25,134 bases of DNA from a virus. Its lineage: Duplodnaviria; Heunggongvirae; Uroviricota; Caudoviricetes. Positions 1-8,141 of the stretch are shown here, piece by piece. The stretch lies in IMG/VR virus record IMGVR_UViG_3300025944_000008. The stretch is one strand, 5' to 3'. The notes beneath the pieces are model-generated. The model had not been told where the DNA came from. It did no database searches and worked only from the letters and a program-made list of their open reading frames with translations. The position numbers and the translations under genes are program-made. Positions within the stretch are counted from its first letter, which is position 1, and each line of letters begins with the position of its first letter.

Positions 1-118
1 AGAGTTGGAGAATTTCGTGGCAGAGCCTTCCACCAGCGCTGTACAGCGGCATGGGGTAGAGAGCGTACCGAGGGTCTGTCCCATAGGGGTTGTCTTCTCC
101 CACGAGCAGCGGCTTCAT
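1..118 (-). CDS. 5' part of a possible uracil-DNA-glycosylase-like protein (runs off the window)
   Basis: My translation: MKPLLVGEDNPYGTDPRYALYPMPLYSAGGRLCHEILQL. Its ATG overlaps the stop of 115..210 (ATGA). LVGEDNP resembles the UDG-superfamily motif A (as in VGEAPG). Only 39 aa are visible. Confidence 0.5.
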   Translation of the reverse strand, partial: MKPLLVGEDNPYGTDPRYALYPMPLYSAGGRLCHEILQL

Positions 119-210
119 GACGGATACACCGGGCACCGCTTCGTCGTGAAGAGATGGTACCCCTTGCATTTCCAGCAGAGCCAGTAGTCGTCTTTCGCTC
201 GGAACTTCAT
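115..210 (-). CDS. 31-aa Cys/His micro-protein
   Basis: MKFRAKDDYWLCWKCKGYHLFTTKRCPVYPS, with ATGA overlaps at both ends; CxxC..H..C pattern. Confidence 0.55.
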   Translation of the reverse strand: MKFRAKDDYWLCWKCKGYHLFTTKRCPVYPS

Positions 211-749
211 TGCGGCTTCCACACCTGAAGCATCTTGTTGGACTGCCAGAAGTCTTCCACCGATCCAATCTCGGCCCACTTTGGGCAGAGCGACGGCTGG
301 ATGATGGACTGCGGCACGTGGAATGCGATGTTGCCAGGGCCAAAGCGGAAGCCTTCTGAGTCCCTCGAGCGGATCTGCAGCAGCTTGCCGTTCGCGTTCT
401 GGAACCAGCGCCCGAGCCGCCGCAGAACGTTCCGAACAGCGATGTCCTGGATGTGCGTCGAGTAGGCCCGCTGAATCATATAGTCGAGGCCGCTGTGGAC
501 GTTATCCGGTTCGTTGTCGTAGCACTCTCCGTACTGGCAGATGAGATCCACTTCCTGCGGTCGAACCGCGAGCCACTGGAAGTAGGCCTCTTCGTAGAAA
601 TAGCGGCACGCGTTGAAGAAGTCGAAGGTGGGCCCTCCGATCGACCACGCCAGGCGCCACTGCCCCTTGCCGTGTAGCATGTCGAGTGCTGCGATCTTCT
701 CGTCCTTCTTGCGTCCGAAGTACCCGGGCCTCTCGATCGACGTCCACAT
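207..749 (-). CDS. 180-aa enzyme-like protein, possible permuted NADAR-like fold
   Basis: AGGAGG SD at 755-760 (minus); motifs YEEAY, HIQDIAVR and SVEDFWQSNK. The ORF is confident; the fold call is inference. Confidence 0.85.
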   Translation of the reverse strand: MWTSIERPGYFGRKKDEKIAALDMLHGKGQWRLAWSIGGPTFDFFNACRYFYEEAYFQWLAVRPQEVDLICQYGECYDNEPDNVHSGLDYMIQRAYSTHIQDIAVRNVLRRLGRWFQNANGKLLQIRSRDSEGFRFGPGNIAFHVPQSIIQPSLCPKWAEIGSVEDFWQSNKMLQVWKPQ

Positions 750-776
750 CGCTGCCTCCTAAGAAAATTCTCCAAG

Positions 777-786
777 TTCTTGTCTC
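777..786 (-). promoter_or_regulatory. promoter-like motif variant (GAGACAAGAA)
   Basis: Upstream of 749(-), back-to-back with the copy at 807. Confidence 0.45.
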
Positions 787-806
787 ATCAGACTTCGAGA
801 TCTTTC

Positions 807-816
807 GGCGATAAGA
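807..816 (+). promoter_or_regulatory. GATAAGA promoter-like motif (GGCGATAAGA)
   Basis: Followed by AGGAGG and ATG 836. Confidence 0.7.
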
Positions 817-835
817 AAGTACAGGAGGATCTTAC

Positions 836-1174
836 ATGGCTCGACATGCTCATGAGTTTCAGTGCAACGGCGGTGACAAGAACCTGAAGCCGAAGGCGGA
901 AGGCAAGGCCACCGGCAGTGACAACTGCGGTTGGTACAACTACCCGTGGCTCGACGAGTCCATGACCGGCAACTACACCATCATCTGCGGCAACTGCAAG
1001 CACGAGCATTACCGCACTATCGTCAATGGCGTGGTCACGGAGGACCGCCACAACGAGAAGCACGGAACGGCGCAGATCCTCCATGTCCTGAAGAGCCAGA
1101 CCTCGCCCACGAAGCGTCAGCTCGGCTCCATCGCCATGATTCGGCAGATGGAAGCTGCTGGGAGAATGTCGTGA
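836..1174 (+). CDS. hypothetical zinc-ribbon protein, 112 aa
   Basis: Strong SD; CGNCKHEH plus two further Cys. Confidence 0.85.
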   Translation: MARHAHEFQCNGGDKNLKPKAEGKATGSDNCGWYNYPWLDESMTGNYTIICGNCKHEHYRTIVNGVVTEDRHNEKHGTAQILHVLKSQTSPTKRQLGSIAMIRQMEAAGRMS

Positions 1175-1431
1175 GCACCGACGGCGACAAGAGGCTTCAG
1201 GATCTCGAACCATTACTGAAGATGATTCCCAGCATCGTGGTCCTTCGCTGGGTCCTGGGCAAGAAGAAGTTCGAGTTCCTCGTCGAGGACCACGGCGCCG
1301 TCGACAAAGAAGATTTCCAGCCAGATTCGAAGGAGTTCGCCGAGATCGAACGGCTCGAGAAGAAGTGGGTCGAAGAGGGGATCTACGATGTTTCCATCCG
1401 ATTCAGCAAACGCCACGATCACGCAGCTTGA
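1171..1431 (+). CDS. hypothetical protein, 86 aa (MSTDGDKRLQD...)
   Basis: GTGA overlap with the upstream stop; shorter than the 931..1431 track ORF. Confidence 0.7.
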   Translation: MSTDGDKRLQDLEPLLKMIPSIVVLRWVLGKKKFEFLVEDHGAVDKEDFQPDSKEFAEIERLEKKWVEEGIYDVSIRFSKRHDHAA

Positions 1432-1439
1432 GGTGATTC

Positions 1440-1688
1440 ATGGGTGACGTGAAGGACGCAGTGAAAGGGAAGCCCTCGAGGGCTCACGATACGCCGTCGG
1501 CCAGCATCAATCTCGTCGACCGCCTCAAGTCCATGGTCGAGGAAGTCGGCGACCTCATCGAGAAGAAGGACAAGGACACCCTCGATGAGGGCCCCGATCG
1601 GGTGGCTGAGAACACCATGAAGGCTGGCAAGCTTCGCGCCGCCAACAGCCTCCTCCGCTCGGCGAAGACGATCCTGGAGGACTACTGA
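1440..1688 (+). CDS. hypothetical helical protein, 82 aa
   Basis: GAGGTG SD; TGATG coupling to the next gene. Confidence 0.8.
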   Translation: MGDVKDAVKGKPSRAHDTPSASINLVDRLKSMVEEVGDLIEKKDKDTLDEGPDRVAENTMKAGKLRAANSLLRSAKTILEDY

Positions 1689-2056
1689 TGACTTCAGAGA
1701 AGGAAGAGGCCCTCACGGCCGAAGCGGTTCGCGCCACTATTCTCAAGGGCACGCTCGAGTACCTCATCAAGGAGATGACACCGGAGAGGCTGACAACTTT
1801 CGCCGATGACATCCTCAAGAAGTCCTTCACCGACATCTTTGGGTCGTGGCGACTTGGCGGCCAGTTTGACGAGTCGGTGAAGCCTCTCTTCCTGAAGGCC
1901 GTCAACGACCCCGTCTTCCAAGCACGCATTCAGAAGGCGATTCAAGAAGGCCTCGATAAGGCAGTCGCGCAGCTCCCGGACAAAGTGGCGAAGGAGATCA
2001 CCGACTTTGCTGTCGCCGGCCTGCGGCAGAAGTTGGCGCCTGAGAAGCGGTACTAA
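1688..2056 (+). CDS. hypothetical helical protein, 122 aa
   Basis: Stop/start overlaps on both sides; C/G-ending codons typical of the window. Confidence 0.8.
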   Translation: MTSEKEEALTAEAVRATILKGTLEYLIKEMTPERLTTFADDILKKSFTDIFGSWRLGGQFDESVKPLFLKAVNDPVFQARIQKAIQEGLDKAVAQLPDKVAKEITDFAVAGLRQKLAPEKRY

Positions 2057-2271
2057 TGGACATATTCGAACTACTTCGAGATGCGGGCTACTCAATGGCA
2101 CCGTGGTCTGGAGGCGGATTTCTAGCGAATGCCCCTGGCCCGCCTGGTGAGCAACTCATTGGCTGGTATGGCCATGAGTACAGTGCCCTCGGGGCGTGCA
2201 GCCACCATCATGCCGAGACAAAGAAGCTCGAGAAAAAGAAGGAGAAACAGAATGCCACTTCAACTGGGTGA
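2056..2271 (+). CDS. hypothetical protein, 71 aa
   Basis: TAATG coupling to the upstream gene. Confidence 0.6.
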   Translation: MDIFELLRDAGYSMAPWSGGGFLANAPGPPGEQLIGWYGHEYSALGACSHHHAETKKLEKKKEKQNATSTG

Positions 2272-2662
2272 CGCCTCGCATAGTCGAGGACACGTCATCA
2301 ACTACGATCCGAACATTCTCGAGCAGTGCTGCGAGGCGCGGATCAAGGCCGAGGAACTCAAGAAGCAGGGCTTTGTGGAGCGCACGCAGACCCCACACGG
2401 CGAGATCGTCCTCGACCCGCCGGCGCGCGACCCGAACAGGGGCCTCTTCCGCATCCTCTCGGAGAGTGGCGACGATCTGGTCACTTGGGACCGGCGAGAT
2501 CCAACGCAGGTTCGCGAGGCCTACGCCAAGTACAACGAGCTGATCAAGAAGGGGTACAGAGCATATGCCACAAACTCTGCCGGCAAGCGAAGCCACCGAA
2601 TCGACACCTTCGACCCCAGTCTCGAAGAAATCATCCTCGTCCCTAACACCATCCCCGGTTGA
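2252..2662 (+). CDS. hypothetical protein, 136 aa, ending ...EEIILVPNTIPG
   Basis: GGAG SD at 2241-2244; compact C-terminal domain GDDLVTWD...KKGYRAY...FDP. Confidence 0.8.
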   Translation: MPLQLGDASHSRGHVINYDPNILEQCCEARIKAEELKKQGFVERTQTPHGEIVLDPPARDPNRGLFRILSESGDDLVTWDRRDPTQVREAYAKYNELIKKGYRAYATNSAGKRSHRIDTFDPSLEEIILVPNTIPG

Positions 2663-3779
2663 AGTCGTCCCAATCTACAGCACCTCCGGCAACACTACAG
2701 CCTTCGTCATCAGCGCATCGACCGCGGCTGTCACGAGCCCCATCACCCTGACGGTGAACAACAGCATCGTCGGAGCGCCGGCTGGGATCGTGAGGGTCGG
2801 AACAGCCTCCAGCATCACTGGAACCGACCCAGAGTACGAAGAGGCCTACGGCAGAGCTCTGCAGGACAGGCTTCATCAAGCCGCCGACTGGATTCGTTGT
2901 CGCCATGAAGCAACCAACACCGGATGGCACGACGAAGAATTCGTCCGCATTGAGTGGGCCGCCGCTCAGCGCGCATCGAAGTATCAAGCGATGCGGGACG
3001 CGCTCGATTGGTCCAGCAACGGGACATGGGAAGTCAGGCCGACTTGGTACCACTCCAAGCGAATCACGTGGAACGACGCGACTACGGACTTCAACATGCC
3101 GCCAGAGTACATGTGGCGCAAGGTCCAGAACGAAGTTACCGCGATGTCGGCCGAAGCCTACGAGAAGTTGGCGGCGAACTGGGCCAAGGAGCAAGCCAAG
3201 AGGCAGCAGAAGCAGCGCTTCAAAGAACAGCTTCGCGTCAAGCAGCCAGACAACCACATCGGCAACCCGCTGCGCTCCTTCGATAGCAGTCGACTCTTCG
3301 ACCAGGCCTCACCGTCGGAGATCAAGGCTCTTCAACTCCTCCGCAAGATGGTGTCGCAGGAGCAGTTCCGCCGGTATCTTCGACACGGGTTCATCGCCGT
3401 TGCGGGCGGCACCACAGGCCTCATCTACCAGGTCCACATCCACAAGAGGATCAAGGTCTGGAAGATGGGCGAGCCAATCTCCGATCTCTGCATCCACCTC
3501 GACTACGGCTCCAAGACTCCGCCGACCGATCACGTCATCGGCAAGCTGCTCATGGTCGAGGCAAGCGAGGCTGACGTCTGGACGCGCTCCAACATCACAT
3601 GGGCTAAGAACTACGACGCCGCTCTCGAAGAGATTCATCTACTCGGCATTTCCCCGCCGAAAGAGCAGCAACAAGCCACGTATATCAACGGCGGCGCGAA
3701 CGTTCTGGTCAACGTCAACTACAACGACCTCGAGCGGTACATGGTGCAGCAGGTCGCACGAATTCGCGCAGCCATCTAA
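2565..3779 (+). CDS. large hypothetical protein (up to 404 aa): S/T-rich N-terminus, coiled coil, C-terminal domain with LCIH..PPTD; start uncertain
   Basis: Long ORF with typical codon bias, ending just before the hairpin at 3788. Confidence 0.8.
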   Translation: MPQTLPASEATESTPSTPVSKKSSSSLTPSPVEVVPIYSTSGNTTAFVISASTAAVTSPITLTVNNSIVGAPAGIVRVGTASSITGTDPEYEEAYGRALQDRLHQAADWIRCRHEATNTGWHDEEFVRIEWAAAQRASKYQAMRDALDWSSNGTWEVRPTWYHSKRITWNDATTDFNMPPEYMWRKVQNEVTAMSAEAYEKLAANWAKEQAKRQQKQRFKEQLRVKQPDNHIGNPLRSFDSSRLFDQASPSEIKALQLLRKMVSQEQFRRYLRHGFIAVAGGTTGLIYQVHIHKRIKVWKMGEPISDLCIHLDYGSKTPPTDHVIGKLLMVEASEADVWTRSNITWAKNYDAALEEIHLLGISPPKEQQQATYINGGANVLVNVNYNDLERYMVQQVARIRAAI

Positions 3780-3787
3780 GTCCCACC

Positions 3788-3815
3788 GAGAAGGCTTCTT
3801 GCCTTCTCTTTAGCT
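3788..3815 (+). terminator. family hairpin GAGAAGGC-TTCTT-GCCTTCTC + TTTAGCT
   Basis: 8-bp stem just after stop 3779. Confidence 0.75.
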
Positions 3816-3839
3816 CTCGCTCAAATTCCCCGCGTCGAC

Positions 3840-3849
3840 GGCGATAAGT
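3840..3849 (+). promoter_or_regulatory. GATAAG promoter-like motif (GGCGATAAGT)
   Basis: Lies between the terminator and gene 3887. Confidence 0.55.
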
Positions 3850-3886
3850 CTCTGTGATCAACCTTTCTCTTTATTCGGGGGCGCCA

Positions 3887-4480
3887 ATGTCAGCGCATCA
3901 GAACCAGCGTCAGCGACTCCAGGACGTCGGAGAGGCGTTCATCGTCCTGGCTTCTGGAAGAATGCTGAAGCGCAAGGAGATCTTCGACGGGGCTCAGGAA
4001 TCATGGCATGCGGCCTTCATGGCGAGGCTCATGAAAGAAGAGCTCATCATCAAGCATCCGGCAGTGAACCCCGCCGAGACCTGCTACCAGGCAGTCGATG
4101 AAGGATGGTTCTCGAGACTTGCTGAGAACCCAGTCGGCCTCGCCGAGTGGTACTTCAAGCGCGGCGTGATTCCAACAGTCGCGGAATCTGAGCCAGAGCC
4201 GGTCGCGCCCCCACCGGATCTCACGCTTCCGGCTACACCAGCCGCCCGTCGATTGCCTACTCCTGTGCAGCAGGTCACCTTTGAAGCGCCTCCTCCAGAG
4301 CCGGAACCGGAGCAAGAACAGGCACCGCAGGGCAACGTTGGCGACGAGATCCTCAAGACGTTGATCATGGTCGCCGAGAACATAGTATATCTTCGCCAAC
4401 GTCTCGAGACCATCGAAGCGAAGGTCGACGAAGTCCTAAGAATCGACTCCGAAGTAGACAAGATCCTCAGGAGAGGTTGA
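3887..4480 (+). CDS. hypothetical protein, 197 aa: possible winged-helix N-terminus, Pro/Glu linker, C-terminal coiled coil
   Basis: GGGGG SD before the ATG; PEPEPE linker; LRQRLETIEAKVDEVL heptads. Confidence 0.8.
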   Translation: MSAHQNQRQRLQDVGEAFIVLASGRMLKRKEIFDGAQESWHAAFMARLMKEELIIKHPAVNPAETCYQAVDEGWFSRLAENPVGLAEWYFKRGVIPTVAESEPEPVAPPPDLTLPATPAARRLPTPVQQVTFEAPPPEPEPEQEQAPQGNVGDEILKTLIMVAENIVYLRQRLETIEAKVDEVLRIDSEVDKILRRG

Positions 4481-4483
4481 GCA

Positions 4484-5386
4484 ATGGAGGACTACCAGAA
4501 GCTGATTGCGCTGTACAAGAACCACAAGGACGGCAAGAGCGAGAAGGAGCTGGCCGTTCTCGAGCGTCAGATTTGGCAGGCCGCTCTTCCAACCATCAAT
4601 CGCACCGATGGATCTCTGCTCTCCAAGCGAGAGTGGCTGTCCAAGGAGCTCGAGGAGACTCCCTACGCGATCGAAGGACGCTCGACCTTGCTCGGCTACG
4701 GCGACGTCGCTGATGTGCTGTGGCTGCGCATCCGTGATGAAAAATTGCCGCTGCGGACGGCTACCAAGCTGATGAGGGAGGCGAAGCAGAAGGCCTCGAT
4801 GCTGGGTGTAGAGGTAGCCGCTGCGCTCACCAAGACGTTGGAAGAATACGACTCCTTCCCGGCTGCTCTTCTGCCTGACGGCTCGGTGATTCACAAGCGC
4901 AACCCGAGTGCCCCTCCTCGGATTGTCGTACCCCCTCCACCGGCGCCCGTGGTGGAAGAGGTTCAGGAGACGGGCAAAGACGACGATCCGAAGCTCTTCT
5001 GGGCAAACCTTAGGGGCATGATCTCCGGCTACTTCCATGCTCGGCTCGAGGGTGTGGATCCCGGCGTGATCGAGAAGACGTACCGGGAGTTCGAAGGCGA
5101 GCTCCGGGTGATTCTCGAGCACTACCAGCACAAGCTCGACCGTATGCGACGGACATCGGAGAGCCAGCGACGTGGCATGAATCGCGGGAAGATCATTCAG
5201 GCCTGTCACGTTCTTCATCTTGATCCACCGCTCGGAGGTAGGATCTCAGAAGACTTCAAGAAGAAGGCGAAGAAGCAGTACAAAACTCTCGCGGCAAAGT
5301 ATCATCCTGATTCGTCAGGCACCGACGACACGAGAGAGATGTACGAAAGCGTGGTGGAGGCCTATCAAATTCTGGAGGACCTATGA
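4484..5386 (+). CDS. protein with C-terminal DnaJ-type J-domain, 300 aa
   Basis: ACHVLHL...AKKQYKTLAAKYHPD...MYESVVEAYQIL matches the J-domain helix pattern with HPD. Confidence 0.85.
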   Translation: MEDYQKLIALYKNHKDGKSEKELAVLERQIWQAALPTINRTDGSLLSKREWLSKELEETPYAIEGRSTLLGYGDVADVLWLRIRDEKLPLRTATKLMREAKQKASMLGVEVAAALTKTLEEYDSFPAALLPDGSVIHKRNPSAPPRIVVPPPPAPVVEEVQETGKDDDPKLFWANLRGMISGYFHARLEGVDPGVIEKTYREFEGELRVILEHYQHKLDRMRRTSESQRRGMNRGKIIQACHVLHLDPPLGGRISEDFKKKAKKQYKTLAAKYHPDSSGTDDTREMYESVVEAYQILEDL

Positions 5387-5934
5387 ACATGGCTGCTGCG
5401 AAGTCGCACGACAACATCAAGGGCTACTCTCCTCTCCCCGACGACGAGCGGACGGCCCACTACAAGAGCGTCGCCCATTTCCTCGACTGGGCCGCGAAGC
5501 ACCAGCCACAGAAGTACTACTCCTGGGGCTTCGTCACCCGCGTTGTGATGGGCCTAGCTTCGACTCCGAGGGAGAACAGCCAGAGCACCCAGCTCATCCG
5601 CAAGACAGCCTCACGAGCTCGCAAGTACCTCATCGAATCGTACGGGCGCGAGCTTGAGAACCTCTCCGGCATCGGAGTGCGGGCAACCACCGGCAGCCTC
5701 GACGTTCTCAAGGGTCGACTCATCGAGCGGAAGAAGACCTTCGATCGCGCTGCCGCCGGCTTGCAGCAGACAGCCGCTCTGGTCAACACATCTGAGATTC
5801 CCAACACCGCCGAGAACAAGCCACTCAAGGCCTGGTTCGAAACGACGGTCTCTCCGAACCTGAAGCGCCTGAATGATGTGCAGAAGGCTCTGGCTCTGCC
5901 GCCGGCGTTCGACGAGAAGCGCAGGAAGAAGTAA
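5383..5934 (+). CDS. basic hypothetical protein, 183 aa, possibly DNA-binding
   Basis: ATGA overlap with the J-domain gene; ends at the convergent terminator. Confidence 0.85.
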   Translation: MNMAAAKSHDNIKGYSPLPDDERTAHYKSVAHFLDWAAKHQPQKYYSWGFVTRVVMGLASTPRENSQSTQLIRKTASRARKYLIESYGRELENLSGIGVRATTGSLDVLKGRLIERKKTFDRAAAGLQQTAALVNTSEIPNTAENKPLKAWFETTVSPNLKRLNDVQKALALPPAFDEKRRKK

Positions 5935-5936
5935 TA

Positions 5937-5967
5937 GCTAAGAGGGCGACAGCGCCCTCTTTTTAGC
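5937..5967. terminator. bidirectional family hairpin AGAGGGCG-ACAG-CGCCCTCT with a TAGC tail on both strands
   Basis: Lies between convergent stops at 5934 and 5970. Confidence 0.85.
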
Positions 5968-5969
5968 CA

Positions 5970-6404
5970 TCAGACCTCGTACTTCGGGGACCTGACGGCG
6001 CGCTGCATTTCTGGATAGCAGAACGGGCACATATAGTGCTCTTCGAACTGGGGATGTACGGCTACCTCGCCCTTGAGGATTGTGATCCGCTCTGGTCGCA
6101 GGTTCATGGCTGCGACCTTGTTGTAGGCCACCTGGATCTTCTCTAGGTACGGGTGCAGGTCCACATGCACGCGGCGGATCTCGAGTTCCCTAGAGTCGTA
6201 CGTCAGCGCGAAAGGACCGGCGGCTGCGTAGGGCCGAGCCTCATCCGTCTCGAGTAGTAGCCCCGTGAACGGGCCCTGCATGATTGGCGCGGTGATGACG
6301 AAGCGGTCGATGCCGAGCTCTTCGACACCGCAACAAGGACCACCGTGAGCAAAATGCAGCCCAGGCTTGTGGCACTCGCACGGACAATCTTCCTTCTTGA
6401 TCAT
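5970..6404 (-). CDS. hypothetical Cys/His-rich protein, 144 aa
   Basis: CPCECH, CC and CPFC motifs; ATGA overlap. Confidence 0.8.
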   Translation of the reverse strand: MIKKEDCPCECHKPGLHFAHGGPCCGVEELGIDRFVITAPIMQGPFTGLLLETDEARPYAAAGPFALTYDSRELEIRRVHVDLHPYLEKIQVAYNKVAAMNLRPERITILKGEVAVHPQFEEHYMCPFCYPEMQRAVRSPKYEV

Positions 6405-7144
6405 GTTCCGACTCTCTCGGTTGTCCCATCCCAGACGAACTCACCAGCCTCTCCCACCGGCAGGTGCGTGTTGCAGCCACAGCAGAAGGTCGAGCCGTAG
6501 AAGCCGGGGTCGCGTGCGTACGTCTCTGCGAGGGCTACGCTCATGGTCGTCACCACTCCGCAGCCCGTCTCGACGCTCTCGAGATCTTTCTTGGTCCAGA
6601 ACCTCCCAGTGACAGAGCTCGCGCTAGGAGGATAGGCCTCGAACCTGTAATAGTTGAAGCTCTTGTACCGCTCCTTCTCCTCCGGCGTCAGGTCGCGCAG
6701 CGGGTGCTTCGGAGGCGGCTTTCCGACGTGCCTATAGCTGCGCCGCACGGGCCTCTTGAAGCCCTTCTGGCGCTCCTCCGAGCTCAGAACGATGTAGTCA
6801 GCGTGCATGCCGACCTTCTGCTTCTCCTGCTGCTTGCGGACCTCCTCGATGGTGCTGCCGCGGAGCGTCGTGACCGCGGTTCGATCGACAGGGGGCACGT
6901 CTTCTTCGATCTCTTCCGTCCTCTGCAGGGTGACGCCGGCATCCTTGGCGGCGGCCATGATGTCTTCGGCGGTGTAGTGGATTACCGGCCGGAACTGATA
7001 GGTGCTGCCCTCCACCATGGGAGGGAGGATGAGCTTCTCGATCTGTTCTTTGACGGCCGTGATGAGACTGACCTTGATCACCATCTCGAGCTTCCTGCGC
7101 TCTTCTGGCTTCAAGGGCTCCCCGACTGTGATCAGCTTCTTCAT
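6401..7144 (-). CDS. 247-aa protein with C-terminal zinc-binding domain of a recurrent phage hypothetical type
   Basis: GGAGGAGG SD; YIVLS.EER.KGF.RPVR.SY.H, CG..TTM...AETYARDP.FYGSTFC..C pattern (recognised from memory). Confidence 0.85.
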   Translation of the reverse strand: MKKLITVGEPLKPEERRKLEMVIKVSLITAVKEQIEKLILPPMVEGSTYQFRPVIHYTAEDIMAAAKDAGVTLQRTEEIEEDVPPVDRTAVTTLRGSTIEEVRKQQEKQKVGMHADYIVLSSEERQKGFKRPVRRSYRHVGKPPPKHPLRDLTPEEKERYKSFNYYRFEAYPPSASSVTGRFWTKKDLESVETGCGVVTTMSVALAETYARDPGFYGSTFCCGCNTHLPVGEAGEFVWDGTTERVGT

Positions 7145-7159
7145 GTGACGCCTCCTCCC

Positions 7160-7711
7160 CTATCCTAGCGCGTCAATGGCTCCTTTGACTCGATCTTCGA
7201 TCATGGCTGTGATGGGATCCTCCGATGACTCGATGGCTGCCCTCTCCCAGGCGAAGACGAATGGGGCCTTGTCTCCGTTCTCTTTGGTGAGGGTGAAGTT
7301 GATGACCACCTTGGCGTCGGTGAGCGTGATGCCGACGTCCGAGGACGTGAGCTTCATTTTGCGCCTGTGGGCGTGCGACTTGACTCGGTCGGAGATGTAG
7401 ATTTCGCAGATCTCCCTGACACGGCCGACGTCCTTCTCAATCTTCTGAAGGAACATCTTGTTCATATCAGTGTAGACGAGGCCGACGATCTCTCCCATAC
7501 CGTCCATTCCTTTCTCCGGGTCGAACACGACATTCAGCCCACCGTCCTCAGACAGTCCCACCAGACGAGGTGTATGGAGGTAGTCCAGATCCATTAGCAG
7601 GCCGCGTCCCTCCATCCTCTCCATGAATCGCTTCGCCCACTGCGGACTGGAGAACGGTCCGAAGATCTCGTCCTCCATGTCGCTGGTTGCACGAACTCTC
7701 ACGATGAACAT
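7160..7711 (-). CDS. hypothetical protein, 183 aa
   Basis: AGGAGG SD; part of the dense minus-strand operon. Confidence 0.8.
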   Translation of the reverse strand: MFIVRVRATSDMEDEIFGPFSSPQWAKRFMERMEGRGLLMDLDYLHTPRLVGLSEDGGLNVVFDPEKGMDGMGEIVGLVYTDMNKMFLQKIEKDVGRVREICEIYISDRVKSHAHRRKMKLTSSDVGITLTDAKVVINFTLTKENGDKAPFVFAWERAAIESSEDPITAMIEDRVKGAIDALG

Positions 7712-7887
7712 TTCGCCAACCTCCTGTAGATGCGATCCCTAACAGTTGTCAGCTTGTCTAGGTATTTCTTGACCTTCTCGATTTCGGTGGAGTTGAGGAC
7801 GTCGAGATTCTTCTCTTTGACACGGGCGATGTGTGCTTCGAGTTGCTCGAGCAGTTTTCTAGCCTCCGCCCTCTCGCTTGGAGTCAT
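7699..7887 (-). CDS. coiled-coil protein, 62 aa
   Basis: TGATG coupling; heptad-like pattern. Confidence 0.7.
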   Translation of the reverse strand: MTPSERAEARKLLEQLEAHIARVKEKNLDVLNSTEIEKVKKYLDKLTTVRDRIYRRLAKCSS

Positions 7888-8141
7888 CAGCCACCGCCGC
7901 CTCTTTCTCTGAGAACCTCGCGTGGCCGCTTCATCAGGAACCGCTCGAGCAGGCCGGGACCGATCTCATCGAGCCGCGTCCCGCAGAAGGGGCAGTACTC
8001 GATGACGATAGTCTCGTGGCCGGAGGTGGTCAGGACCTCGAGGGTGACGACGTCCTTCGCGTCTACGATCGCGCCGAAGGAGAAACGACCCAAAGCCTGC
8101 AGAAGGCGGTCACAGGGGCTGCGATCGCAGATGAGGGCCAT
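7887..8141 (-). CDS. zinc-finger-like protein, 84 aa
   Basis: CDRSPC and YCPFCG; TGATG coupling. Confidence 0.75.
   Translation of the reverse strand: MALICDRSPCDRLLQALGRFSFGAIVDAKDVVTLEVLTTSGHETIVIEYCPFCGTRLDEIGPGLLERFLMKRPREVLRERGGGG

Noticed and set aside
1975-1985. Other GATAAG hexamers (about 1975+, 12490+, 15543-, 16509-, 20820-)
   Set aside because: They lack the following A and/or the usual upstream GG-N, and lie inside coding sequence or far from an SD. The copy at 16509 could still serve the 16324 gene.
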